64,000 nt of DNA from a bacterium. GTDB lineage: Bacteria; Patescibacteriota; Minisyncoccia; Moranbacterales; UBA2206. Both the position numbers and the translations under genes were made by a program. The DNA is taken from positions 16,612 to 80,611 of the forward strand of contig JAJYGF010000012.1 of assembly GCA_021785125.1 (NCBI GenBank), in the 5' to 3' direction. The stretch's first letter is position 1. Every line of letters begins with the position of its first letter. Below the pieces are notes generated by a model that did no database searches, was not told the DNA's origin, and worked only from the letters and a program-made list of their open reading frames with translations. Of this stretch, positions 8,899-18,539 are shown one piece after another.

Positions 8899-9760
8899 AT
8901 TATCTTTGCGAAACTGCAAATTGATGTTCCCATCGTGCCTGCGGATTTCCCGCACACGACGAGCTCTAATGCATTTTCTGTTTGAGATCATAGATTTTTC
9001 GAAGACCTGCGTCTTCCAAATGGTCATTATTCATAACCATTTCCATAATCCGGCAAAAAATTTCAAAGTCACGGCTCTTTGAGCGTAACTTCAAAGAGTT
9101 TCTTTTGAAAAATGGAATTATTATTTTTTGCAAATCTTCTCGATTGGCGACTTCATAGCGATAACAATTTTGATGATTGGCGCGCCTATCCCTTTGGAAA
9201 TAAACTGCACCGCATCCGAAGAAATTTTTCAGTTCATCAAGAATTTTTTTGTCTTTCTCAATGAGTTTCAGAAAAAATCTCGGTTCAACTTTTGTTCTTC
9301 GCTTGATTTCTTTGGTTGAGTCAGGATTTTTCACGTATGCCGTGAAACTTCCTTCTCCATCCACGAGACCAACGATATAATTTGCATCTAATTTTTTCCA
9401 TATGCATTGGAGTGAATCCTTCTCCCGAGGACTCGGGATACTACGATTCAGCTGACTTCTTACGCTGCGTAAGTTTCGTTACTCTATTATTATAACATAA
9501 TATTAGAAACAACGTAAGATCTCCTGGGGTCATTTATAAATCCATTCCTAACATTCCGACTAGCCTGTTCGAGTATTTTCCCTTCGCTCACCACCGGTTC
9601 GAAGGTCAATACGACTATTTTTGTGTCGGACTGACATTTGCCTCCAGATCCTTCACCGTTTTCCTCGCGAAAAACGACTATCTTTTGGCTACGCTCTGAT
9701 TGGGTTTCAGAGGGAGAGATTTTAACTCTCTAGATCCATAAACTGCCCAGCGCTTTTATT
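8899..9760 (-). other. Intron (probably group I) inserted in 16S rRNA near E. coli position ~1400
   Basis: The conserved sequence GACGGGCG|GTGTGTACAAG is split: …gacgggcg at 8891-8898 resumes as gtgagtacaag at 9761. The intervening sequence is not rRNA-like and encodes a homing endonuclease. Confidence 0.7.
8966..9364 (-). CDS. LAGLIDADG-family homing endonuclease (intron-encoded)
   Basis: 132 aa with an N-terminal MDGEGSF LAGLIDADG-like motif and a basic, Lys/Arg-rich composition. It is on the same strand as the 16S rRNA and lies wholly inside the insertion. Confidence 0.6.
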   Translation of the reverse strand: MDGEGSFTAYVKNPDSTKEIKRRTKVEPRFFLKLIEKDKKILDELKNFFGCGAVYFQRDRRANHQNCYRYEVANREDLQKIIIPFFKRNSLKLRSKSRDFEIFCRIMEMVMNNDHLEDAGLRKIYDLKQKMH

Positions 9761-9987
9761 GTGAGTACAAGATCCGAGAACGTATTCACCGTGACGTTCT
9801 GATTCACGATTACTAGTGATTCCGGCTTCAAGAAGTCGAGTTGCAGACTTCTATCCGAACTGAGACCAACTTTTTGGGATTAGCTCCGTCTCGCGACTTG
9901 GCAACCCTTTGTATTGGCCATTGTAGCACGTGTGTTGCCCAGGGCGTCAAAGGGCCACGCTGATTTGACGTCATCCCCACCTTCCTC

Positions 9988-10078
9988 CCGGAACGAAACG
10001 CGCTTCGCTTCGCTTGCGCTTAATTTCAAATTTAAAATTTTAAATTTAAAATTTAGCACGAAGTGCGCTTTGTTCCGG
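9988..10078 (-). other. 16S rRNA expansion segment (AT-rich extended hairpin)
   Basis: Between the conserved GACTGCC and GGAGGAAGGTGGGGATGACGTCAA, a hairpin of about 90 nt with an AAATTTTAAATTT… loop replaces the short canonical helix. Confidence 0.6.
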
Positions 10079-10764
10079 GCAGTCTCGTGTGACAATATAA
10101 CACACGATAGGGGTTGCGCTCGTTTCCTGACTTAACAGAACACCTTACGGCACGAGCTGACGACAACCGTGCAGCACCTGCTATGCACCCTCGAAGGCTT
10201 GTGTATTTCTACACAATGCAGCATAGTTTCAAGCCCTGGTGAGGTTTCCCGCTTATCGTCGAATTAAACCACATGCTCCACCACTTGTGCGGATCCCCGT
10301 CTATTCCTTTGAGTTTTAGTCTTGCGACCGTACTTCCCAGGCGGCATACTTAACGCGTTAGCTACGACACTAAGAGGGTCGATTCTCTTAATACCTAGTA
10401 TGCAAAGTTTAGGGCGTGGACTACTGGGGTATCTAATCCCATTCGCTACCCACGCTTTCGCATCTCAGCGTCAGAACGGCCCCAACCAAATGCCTTCGCC
10501 TTTGGTGTTCCGTATGATATCAACGCATTTCACTGCTACACCATACGTTCCATTGATCTCTGACCGTCTCTAGATATGCCGTTTCAAATGCAGTTTCCAA
10601 GTTAAGCTCGGAGATTTGACATCTGACTAACATATCCGCCTACATGCTCTTTACGCCCAATAAATCCGGATAACGCTTGAGGCCTCTGTATTACCGCTAC
10701 TGCTGGCACAGAGTTAGTAGCCTCTTATTCCTTAGGTACCGTCATTACATTCTTCCCTAAGAAA

Positions 10765-10803
<39 letters not shown>

Positions 10804-11419
10804 GTCGCTCGTTCACCCTTTCGGGCATTGACGAATATTCTCGACTGCAGCCTCCCGTAGGAGTCTGGGCAGTGTCTCAGTCCCAGTGTTGGGGGCCGTG
10901 CTCTCACACCCCCTACCCGTCATAGCCTTGGTGGTCCTTTACACCACCAACAAGCTGATAGGACACAGGCTCCTCTTGAAGCGATAAATCTTTACTCCGT
11001 AGAGACCATCGTGTATTATCCTGGATTTCTCCAGGTTATTCACGACTTCAAGGAAGATTCCTATGCATTACTAACCCGTTTGCCAAGGGCCTAAACCCTT
11101 TCGACTTGCATGCCTTATCCACGCCGCCAGCGTTCATCCTGAGCTAGGATCAAACTCTCAAAAAGAATAGTAAATTCCATAAAGAAATTTATTATCCACT
11201 TAAATTCAAATTGAATTTAAGAATTTGTTTTAAGTCTTGCGACTTAAGATTTTTAGCTCTTATCTCGATTGCTCGAGACTAAGGACTAATCGCAAAAAAT
11301 TGCGATTATTTGCTGAACAATGTCTTCAATTTTCAAGCTTCTATCTATAACTGCAAAGTGATAGGGAGAAAATATCATGTTAGATTTTTCTCCAGACTAC
11401 TTCTTTGAAGTTAAGTTTG

Positions 11420-11508
11420 CCTCGGCAGCTGCCAGAAATCATACCAGACCTCACGTCATCCGTTTGTCGGACGCGACTTGGCAAAGAATTCATTGGCAGC
11501 TGCCGAGG
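11420..11508 (-). other. Large palindromic RNA structure in the 16S leader (possible processing stem or ncRNA)
   Basis: cctcggcagctgcca pairs with tggcagctgccgagg as a 15-bp perfect stem about 60 nt apart. Additional hairpins at 11366-11395 and 11575-11596 sit in a locally GC-rich patch. Confidence 0.35.
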
Positions 11509-11887
11509 ATTGATCGGCCACCGGGAATGAGCGACAGTTGATCGCGCTCGTACTCTACGGAAAGGAGACGATTCTTTCCCCCGGCTCGCCGAAAATAAAA
11601 TGAACAAAAAACACAGCGATAAATATATCTACCGATACATTCATTGCTGTATCTTTATCCCGTAGCGAGCTCTGCTCTGCTACCTGGATTCTATTTCACC
11701 CTATCAATTTTTAATTGAAAGTTTTGGCGGTTTGTTGTTAAATACTTAATATCTTGCGATATTCATTTGTACTTAGACAGTTTAACAAGTCCTTAAAATC
11801 TTGTCAACCCCGCGCTAACTTTTTCTGTTTTGCCTATTTTTGCTAGCTTTTTAGCAATTTTATAAAGATTACTGATACACAAGGTTT

Positions 11888-11917
11888 ATTATAGCAATGA
11901 CTTTCGAAGAAAGTCAA
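11888..11917 (-). promoter_or_regulatory. sigma70-like promoter candidate (TTGACT-N18-TATAAT) oriented toward the 16S rRNA
   Basis: The reverse complement reads cTTGACTttcttcgaaagtcattgcTATAATaaacc. A second TTGAC lies just upstream. The site is about 730 nt upstream of the 16S 5' end. Confidence 0.35.
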
Positions 11918-11981
11918 GAAAAAGTTAGTGCCGGGTCAAGCCCCATTAAAATGCCTCGAATAAGGCCAAAACAATCGGACA

Positions 11982-12728
11982 TTATATCTCAATTTGACTG
12001 AATAAATAACTGCCGATGGCAAGTAGGATTGCCAGTACGCCTATGAGCACCATAAAATCTAACATTACTCCGAAATGGGATTGGCCGATCAAAATTCCGC
12101 GTAGCGCGTCTATCCCGTATGACAGCGGATCGATCCTGGCGATGGTAATTATGGCTTTTGGCAAATTATCCAATGGAAAGAGCGCGCCGGACAAAAAGAA
12201 TAGCGGCATTACTAAAAAATTCATGATGAGTTGGAAGCCCTGCATATCCTCTAGAACCGAAGCAATTGCAGTGCCGAGTGCCGTAAAGATGAGAGCAATC
12301 AAAAACATAACAACAAGCGCTAATAGCAAGGATGTTGGATGTTCCAATCTGAAACCGATAAAGAATGAAATTATTGCGACAATGACGCCTTGCAGAGTGG
12401 CGACAGTCGCGCCGCCCAGCGTTCGTCCCAGCATAATGTTCACGCGCGAGATGGGTGCTACCAAAGTTTCTTTCAAAAATCCGAATTGTTTGTCCCAGAT
12501 TATTTCAATACCGGTAAAGACGGCCGTAAATAAAATGCTCATCGCGATGATTCCAGGCGCCAAAAATTCAATGAAATTGCCACCGCCTGCTTTGGCATAA
12601 ATCGGACCGAAGCCGAAACCCAATGCCAAAAGGAACAGCAAGGGCTGGCCCAAAGAACCGACGATTCTCGCCCTGCTCCGGAAATATCTCTTGAGTTGTC
12701 TCAGCCACAAAATATAAATCGTGCTCAT
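11982..12728 (-). CDS. ABC-2 type transporter permease
   Basis: 248 aa with 6 TM helices and an ABC-2 family N-terminus (RQLKRYFRSRARIVGSLGQPLLF). It lies downstream of the ATPase gene. Confidence 0.75.
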   Translation of the reverse strand: MSTIYILWLRQLKRYFRSRARIVGSLGQPLLFLLALGFGFGPIYAKAGGGNFIEFLAPGIIAMSILFTAVFTGIEIIWDKQFGFLKETLVAPISRVNIMLGRTLGGATVATLQGVIVAIISFFIGFRLEHPTSLLLALVVMFLIALIFTALGTAIASVLEDMQGFQLIMNFLVMPLFFLSGALFPLDNLPKAIITIARIDPLSYGIDALRGILIGQSHFGVMLDFMVLIGVLAILLAIGSYLFSQIEI

Positions 12729-12741
12729 ATCTATTTTATTC

Positions 12742-12787
12742 AGATCTAAGGCTAAACCTTAGCTTGCTAAGGTTTAGCCTTAGATCT
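12742..12787. repeat. 46-bp perfect palindrome (22-bp stem, TTGC loop) between the ABC ATPase and permease genes; a degenerate copy lies at 33708-33738
   Basis: agatctaaggctaaaccttagc-ttgc-gctaaggtttagccttagatct. No T-run on either strand. It abuts the ATPase stop codon. Confidence 0.6.
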
Positions 12788-13594
12788 TTAACGTCTCCAC
12801 ATTTGTCTGTGTATGCGCATCCTATCTTTGGCGGATCCTTCCTCTTCGCGGATCTGCTTGCCGGTGAGGGCCAAAAAAGCATCCTCCAATGATTCTGTCT
12901 TGGTCTGTTTTTTCAATTCAGCAGATGTGCCGATGGTCATGATCTTTCCATGATCGATGATGGCGATCCTTTGCGCGACTTTGTCCGCTTCTTCCATGTA
13001 ATGCGTCGTTAGAAAAATCGTTATGCCTTCCGACTTGTTCAGCTCTTCGATGTATTTCCACAAATAATTCCTGGTCTGCGGATCCAATCCGATCGTCGGC
13101 TCATCCAAAAACAAGATCTTTGGATGATGGATGAGTCCGCGCGCAATCTCAAGGCGTCTTTTCATGCCGCCGGAAAATTCTTTCACCAGACTGTCGCGCC
13201 GATCCCACAATTCAACCAGCTTCAGAAGCTGTTCGATCCTTTTGTCCCTGGTCTTTTTCGGGACCTTATACAACACCGCGTGGAAATGCAGATTCTCCAT
13301 GGCGGTCAATTCATCATCCAGGCTTGGATCTTGAAAAACTATTCCGAAAGATTTTCTGGCTCCATTCTTGTCTTTAGCCGCATCCTTGCCATCGATCGTT
13401 ATTTCTCCGCTGGTCGGCACCAAAAGCGTCGTCAGCATCTTGATGGTTGTCGTCTTGCCGGCGCCGTTCGGACCGAGAAACGCAAAAATTTCTCCTCGCT
13501 TCACATCGAAGGAAACATCATCCACTGCCGTAAAATCACCGAATTTCTTGGTGACTCCATGCACCTCAATAATTTTTTCTGTTTCTTTTTTCAT
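12788..13594 (-). CDS. ABC transporter ATP-binding protein (ABC-2 / DrrA-like)
   Basis: Walker A GPNGAGKTTT, signature LSGGMKRRL and Walker B ILFLDEPT. Confidence 0.85.
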   Translation of the reverse strand: MKKETEKIIEVHGVTKKFGDFTAVDDVSFDVKRGEIFAFLGPNGAGKTTTIKMLTTLLVPTSGEITIDGKDAAKDKNGARKSFGIVFQDPSLDDELTAMENLHFHAVLYKVPKKTRDKRIEQLLKLVELWDRRDSLVKEFSGGMKRRLEIARGLIHHPKILFLDEPTIGLDPQTRNYLWKYIEELNKSEGITIFLTTHYMEEADKVAQRIAIIDHGKIMTIGTSAELKKQTKTESLEDAFLALTGKQIREEEGSAKDRMRIHRQMWRR

Positions 13595-13614
13595 ACTCTA
13601 ATATTATATACCGC

Positions 13615-14763
13615 CTATGATAACTTTTCAATCCTTACTCCTATCAATCTAATCTTCTTCCGCTTTGGATTTTCACGCGCGTCGAAAAATGGCATCAATA
13701 ACTTGGCAATCTCGCCTTTCAAAACTTTCAAAGATCCGGCCGGCTTAGGCATCGTATGTGAGCGTATCTTGGTTTCAAATCCGGAAAAGCGGATTGTGAT
13801 CACGACTGTGCGAAATTTTTTGAAATCGCTATGCTTCAAACGTCGGATGACACTTTCGCACAATCCTTCAATTCTTTCAAAGACAAATTTGAAATCCAAA
13901 GTGTCCTCTCGGAAGGTCTCTTGTTCGCCGATCGATTTTATCTCATATTCTTCCGTGACCGGCGATTCATCAATTCCGCGGATCCGGTCATACAAATCAA
14001 AGCCCCATTTACCCCGCACTAACTTTGTACTGGCCTTCGGCCTAAAAACGCTTTGCGTTTGTGCAAAGTTAGTGCGGGGCGAGCCCAGCATATTGCGCAT
14101 GTCATCCTTGGAATATTTTTTCAAATCATTGATTGTCATTACGCCTTGCTTTTTGAAGAACAATTCGGTCTTCGGCCCGATGCCAGGCATCTTTCTTATA
14201 GGCAGGGGCTCCAAAAAATTTTCAACCTGCTCGGGATGAACCACGGTCAATCCATCCGGCTTCTGCATGTCCGAGGCGATTTTGGCAATAAGTTTGTTTG
14301 GACCCAGACCAATGGAAGCGGTCAGTTTTTCTTTTTCTTTGATTTCCTGTTTGATTTTTTTGCAAATTTCAATCGCATTTTCAAAACTTTCAACATGAGT
14401 CAGATCAATATATGCTTCGTCTATGCTGGCCTGTTCGATGGTGCTTGAGTATTTCCGGATAATTTCCATAATCTCATGCGAAACCTTGGAATATTTCCGG
14501 AAATCCACATCCAAAAATATGACTTCTGGCCTTCCTTTACGTTTCGCCTTCTGTGAAAATTGCCAGGCCTTGGAAATCGGCAAAGCCGAGCGGATGCTAT
14601 AGGCCCGCGCCGCATAATTGGCGGTCGAAACAACGCCACGGCCCTTGCCTTCCATCGGATCCGCTCCGACCACGATCGGCAATCCACGCAAACGCGGATT
14701 GTCCCGCTCCTCGACCGAAGCGAAAAAAGCATCCATGTCCAAATGCGCTATCATTCTTTCCAT
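13615..14763 (-). CDS. dinB: DNA polymerase IV (Y-family)
   Basis: MIAHLDMDAFFASVE N-terminus and the expected length and domain order. Confidence 0.85.
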   Translation of the reverse strand: MERMIAHLDMDAFFASVEERDNPRLRGLPIVVGADPMEGKGRGVVSTANYAARAYSIRSALPISKAWQFSQKAKRKGRPEVIFLDVDFRKYSKVSHEIMEIIRKYSSTIEQASIDEAYIDLTHVESFENAIEICKKIKQEIKEKEKLTASIGLGPNKLIAKIASDMQKPDGLTVVHPEQVENFLEPLPIRKMPGIGPKTELFFKKQGVMTINDLKKYSKDDMRNMLGSPRTNFAQTQSVFRPKASTKLVRGKWGFDLYDRIRGIDESPVTEEYEIKSIGEQETFREDTLDFKFVFERIEGLCESVIRRLKHSDFKKFRTVVITIRFSGFETKIRSHTMPKPAGSLKVLKGEIAKLLMPFFDARENPKRKKIRLIGVRIEKLS

Positions 14764-14861
14764 AGTGATATTATATCACTATTTTATATCAACCGACAAA
14801 AACCTTGTATCTAGTACAAGATTGCCAGCTAACTAGCAACACTACAAGATAAACTGTAGTC

Positions 14862-16241
14862 CTATTTGATTCTTTTTAGCCTTATCTGAAGCCAGAGAAT
14901 GGAAATAAAGCTGGCCGCGATCCCGCCTAAGATCATCGCCCAAGCGATGGAAAGATAATTGTAATGCAGAATAAAGACAAAAATATAAGCCAGTGGCACA
15001 GCCACTCCGAAAATCCGGACTAGATTGGCCACAAAACCCGGCACGCCAGTGCCCATCCCCTGAAGCGCGCGCGTGGCGGTCAGCACGATTGCCATCAATG
15101 GGAAGGTAATCACATCCAATCTCAAATATCTTCCACCCAGTGATAATAAATCTTGATTATATGTGAATATGCGTAAAAATATTTCAGGCCAGATATAAAA
15201 TATTACCCCAATCAGAACAGAAAATGAAGTCGATATGCCTATGGCATACCATGTAATGTTTTTTAACAGATCATAGCGTTTGGCGCCATAGAACATCCCA
15301 GCCAAAGCAAGAAGCGCTACAGAAAAACCGAGAGGCGGAAGAATAGAGACGCTTTCTAGTCTTGAAACAAGACCAAAAGATGCAACATAATCCGTCCCAA
15401 AATGCGCCATGAATCGGTTCAAAAACACCACATAAATGGAGATGAGCATGATCATGAAAGCTGAAGGAACACCAATAAAGAAATTTTCTTTGATAATATC
15501 CCAAGAAAATTTAAAATACTCTAAATCTAATTTAATGTATGATTTTTTCCTAAGATAATAAATAGAAACTCCCAGCGCCAAAAAAGTGGCTACAAATGTT
15601 GCCAGCGCCGCTCCCCTGACCTCTAAATGGAATCCGTAAATCAAGATTGGATCCAATATGATATTTGTGATCAGGCTGAAGATCTGAATTTTCATTGAAA
15701 GCAGAGTATTTCCTTCAGAAGAAAATATACTATCAATCGTAAAAGCCGGAAACATAAACAAAGTTCCGACGAAGATAATTTGCAAAAATCCAAATGCCAG
15801 ATCTTGCACATTTCCTGTTGCCCCAAACAGATTCAGAAGCGGCCGCGTGATAAAGAAACTAAGAATAAAAATAAAAAGGGCGGTCAAAATAGAAATTACA
15901 ATCGCATGCAAAGCAGAATTTTCTGCACTATCCTTGTCTTTTGCGCCCAGATAACGGGCCACCATAGAACTCATGCCCGTGCTGATGCCGGAATTGATCG
16001 CAATCAAGATGAAAAACAAAGGCGAAGCGAAAGACAGGGCAGCAATCGCTTCCGCGCCCAACCTGCCCACAAAAGCGGTGTCGGCAATGCTATAGGCTGT
16101 TTCAACGGCCATGCTGACTAAAATCGGAACAGCCAAAACAAACAAAGCTCTTTTGGGATTGGCAATAAACTCATCTACACGATTATCCTGTTCCATAAAC
16201 AAATGATAGCGAGCAAAAAAAGACTTGTCTGTATAATACAA
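14862..16241 (-). CDS. MATE family efflux transporter
   Basis: 459 aa with 12 predicted TM helices and a MATE-like N-terminus (LAVPILVSMAVETAYSIADTAFVGRLG). Confidence 0.7.
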   Translation of the reverse strand: MYYTDKSFFARYHLFMEQDNRVDEFIANPKRALFVLAVPILVSMAVETAYSIADTAFVGRLGAEAIAALSFASPLFFILIAINSGISTGMSSMVARYLGAKDKDSAENSALHAIVISILTALFIFILSFFITRPLLNLFGATGNVQDLAFGFLQIIFVGTLFMFPAFTIDSIFSSEGNTLLSMKIQIFSLITNIILDPILIYGFHLEVRGAALATFVATFLALGVSIYYLRKKSYIKLDLEYFKFSWDIIKENFFIGVPSAFMIMLISIYVVFLNRFMAHFGTDYVASFGLVSRLESVSILPPLGFSVALLALAGMFYGAKRYDLLKNITWYAIGISTSFSVLIGVIFYIWPEIFLRIFTYNQDLLSLGGRYLRLDVITFPLMAIVLTATRALQGMGTGVPGFVANLVRIFGVAVPLAYIFVFILHYNYLSIAWAMILGGIAASFISILWLQIRLKRIK

Positions 16242-16269
16242 ATCTTTTTTATAAAAGTAACTTTTGTAA

Positions 16270-16632
16270 TTAATCGTTGGCCTGTCTGTTGCTTTCTTTA
16301 ATTTTATTCAGTATCTCCCTATATTTGAACTTGTTCATTTCGACAGCCCTTAATTTGACATCTTCTTCCCGATAAAACTCCAGTTTTACCTTTCTGACTG
16401 CATCCCCTCCATTTTCAGCAATAATAAAATGCACACCTATTCCATCAACCACATTTACCTGAAAATATTTTTTCTCACGCTCTTTTACTGTTTCGGGGAA
16501 AATAAGCTCTTTTTGATCGGAATTACTCCTTGCTTCCTTCAATTCTTCCTCTGCGTCGCCACCTTTCATTTTTGACACGGTTTCATCCTTTGGAGGAAGT
16601 TCCCGAAAAAACATCTCTATCTGCTTCTCCAT
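16270..16632 (-). CDS. hypothetical protein (charged, Lys/Glu-rich), translationally coupled to serS
   Basis: Its start lies 2 nt after the serS stop. No recognisable motif. Confidence 0.4.
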   Translation of the reverse strand: MEKQIEMFFRELPPKDETVSKMKGGDAEEELKEARSNSDQKELIFPETVKEREKKYFQVNVVDGIGVHFIIAENGGDAVRKVKLEFYREEDVKLRAVEMNKFKYREILNKIKESNRQAND

Positions 16633-16633
16633 A

Positions 16634-17941
16634 TTATTTTTTCCTTATTACATCCATCGGCATCGGCATGAATTTTTTGAGAACTTCTGGAATCTTTATG
16701 CTGCCGTCAGATTGTTGATAATTCTCGATGATTGCAATCAGAGGTCTTTGCGAGAAAGCAGTCGCATCATTCATATGCACATATTCCAATTTTCCATCCG
16801 CAGATCTAAATCTCGTATTTAATCGTCTTGCCTGAAAATCTCCGATAAGATCCGAAGTATTTGTTTCGCGGTATTTGTTTTGTCCTGGCATCCAAGTCTC
16901 TATATCGATTTGCCTGACATCGGGCTTGCCCATATCTCCCGTGCAAATAGCAACAATTTGATACGGAACACCCAAGGAGCCTATTAAATATTCTTGAATT
17001 GCCACAATAAAATTCTGCTCATCTAAAGCCTTATCGGGTTCCGTAAATGATTCCATTTCCAGTTTATCAAACTGATGCACGCGTAAGATTCCTTTCATGT
17101 CCTTATTATAGGATCCAGCCTCTCTTCTGAAGGCGGTAGAAAAACCAACCATTCTTATTGGAAACTGCTTCGGATCTAAAATTTCATCGGCATACATTGC
17201 GCCCAATGTATGTTCCGCGCTGCCTATCAAATTAAGATTATCCCTCTCCAGAGAATACATTTCTTCAGAATCCAAACGTGCCATGCGATTCATAACGTCA
17301 GGACGAATCATAACCGGAGGAAGAATCGGAACAAAAGGCTTTGTACTAACTTTTAAATTATTTTTTTCTGCAATTTCTTTCAAAACTTCCTCGTTGGTCA
17401 ACACCGAAAAAGCAAATTGCATAAGAGAAAACTCAAGAAGAACCAAATCGCCTTTCAAATAATTAAACCTGCTTCCACTGACCTTGGCACCCCGAACAGA
17501 ATCAATAATGTCCAGCTCGATTCCCAACTCCCAATGCTCTTTTGGCTTAAAATCAAATTTTGGAATTTCTCCAACTTTTCTAATTACTTTGTTTCCAGAT
17601 TCATCCGGTCCGATAGGCGTATCTTCCGAATGCATATTTGGAATTTTATATAATAGATTTTTATATTCATCGGAAACAGTTTCCAGTTCCGGTGTCAGCT
17701 TATCCAAGTCCTCTTTGACAGCCTTGCCTTTCTCGATCAATGCTTCGCGATTTTCAGGACCCGATTTCATGAGATCATTGAGCTTATTTTTCTCGGCGCT
17801 TAATTTTTCCATCTCCAATGCAATTTGGCGTTTTTTTTCATCCAGCTCCAAGAGCCTGTCAACATCACATTTGATATTCCGATCAAGGCAATTTTTCTTC
17901 ACCGCATCCGCGTTTTCCCTGATAAATTTGATATCTAGCAT
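16634..17941 (-). CDS. serS: seryl-tRNA synthetase
   Basis: MLDIKFIRENADAV N-terminal coiled-coil followed by a class II catalytic core. Confidence 0.88.
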   Translation of the reverse strand: MLDIKFIRENADAVKKNCLDRNIKCDVDRLLELDEKKRQIALEMEKLSAEKNKLNDLMKSGPENREALIEKGKAVKEDLDKLTPELETVSDEYKNLLYKIPNMHSEDTPIGPDESGNKVIRKVGEIPKFDFKPKEHWELGIELDIIDSVRGAKVSGSRFNYLKGDLVLLEFSLMQFAFSVLTNEEVLKEIAEKNNLKVSTKPFVPILPPVMIRPDVMNRMARLDSEEMYSLERDNLNLIGSAEHTLGAMYADEILDPKQFPIRMVGFSTAFRREAGSYNKDMKGILRVHQFDKLEMESFTEPDKALDEQNFIVAIQEYLIGSLGVPYQIVAICTGDMGKPDVRQIDIETWMPGQNKYRETNTSDLIGDFQARRLNTRFRSADGKLEYVHMNDATAFSQRPLIAIIENYQQSDGSIKIPEVLKKFMPMPMDVIRKK

Positions 17942-17972
17942 AAAAAATATCCGAAATTATTATATATTCAGT

Positions 17973-18539
17973 CTATAATAGATTTTTCAAAAAATCAAAA
18001 GCGGGCTGGAAAAAGAGCAAAAGGCATTTTGTCAGATAAGTACCCGCTATTCCGTAAAAAATTCCCAGAATCGTTCCGGCCGCCACGTCGCTCAAATAAT
18101 GCATGCCATTATGCAGCCTTGCGTAAGCCAGCAACAGGGTAAAAATCAAAACTATCGGCCAAAGAGACGGATAGAAAATCAGAATTACCGTAAGCACGGA
18201 TAGATTGGCCGCCATGTGGCTGGACGGGAAAGATGAATCGCTGTGCTTCCGGCCGATCGGCGTGATCTCTTCCGGATGCGCCATATATGGCCGAGTTTTG
18301 TGGAAATATTTCACAAACAGATGCTTGATCAGACCTTCGCTGATCAAGAAATGCAAAGCCGCCGCGATGGTCATGGCTATCGCAACAACTCTTCCATTGG
18401 GCGCGAAAAAAAAGATCCCGATCGTGACCACCATCCAAAAAGCCGCAAGATACAAGATGCGGCTGACAAAATCCGTTACTTCATCCACAAAAGTTCCCTT
18501 CCAAAGCCTATTGAAAAATTTTACGATCTTGAGTTCCAT
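17973..18539 (-). CDS. PAP2 family phosphatase (phosphatidic acid / undecaprenyl-PP phosphatase-like)
   Basis: The three PAP2 motifs are present: KTRP, PSSH and RLHNGMHYLSD. Confidence 0.75.
   Translation of the reverse strand: MELKIVKFFNRLWKGTFVDEVTDFVSRILYLAAFWMVVTIGIFFFAPNGRVVAIAMTIAAALHFLISEGLIKHLFVKYFHKTRPYMAHPEEITPIGRKHSDSSFPSSHMAANLSVLTVILIFYPSLWPIVLIFTLLLAYARLHNGMHYLSDVAAGTILGIFYGIAGTYLTKCLLLFFQPAFDFLKNLL

Noticed and set aside
9880-10135. Two about-70-aa ORFs on both strands
   Set aside because: They lie entirely inside the 16S rRNA and its expansion segment.
10322-10573. 83-aa plus-strand ORF
   Set aside because: It lies inside the 16S rRNA, on the strand opposite the rRNA sense.
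11380-11607. 75-aa minus-strand ORF in the 16S leader
   Set aside because: The translation is Arg/Ser-rich and unlike a protein. The region is better explained as structured RNA with palindromes.
12016-12600. 194-aa plus-strand ORF
   Set aside because: It is antisense to the ABC-2 permease. It is a shadow ORF of that gene and has no independent support.
13124-14239. 371-aa ORF on the plus strand
   Set aside because: It is antisense to the ABC ATPase and dinB genes. The translation is of low complexity and lacks motifs, while the minus-strand genes carry canonical Walker and Y-family motifs.
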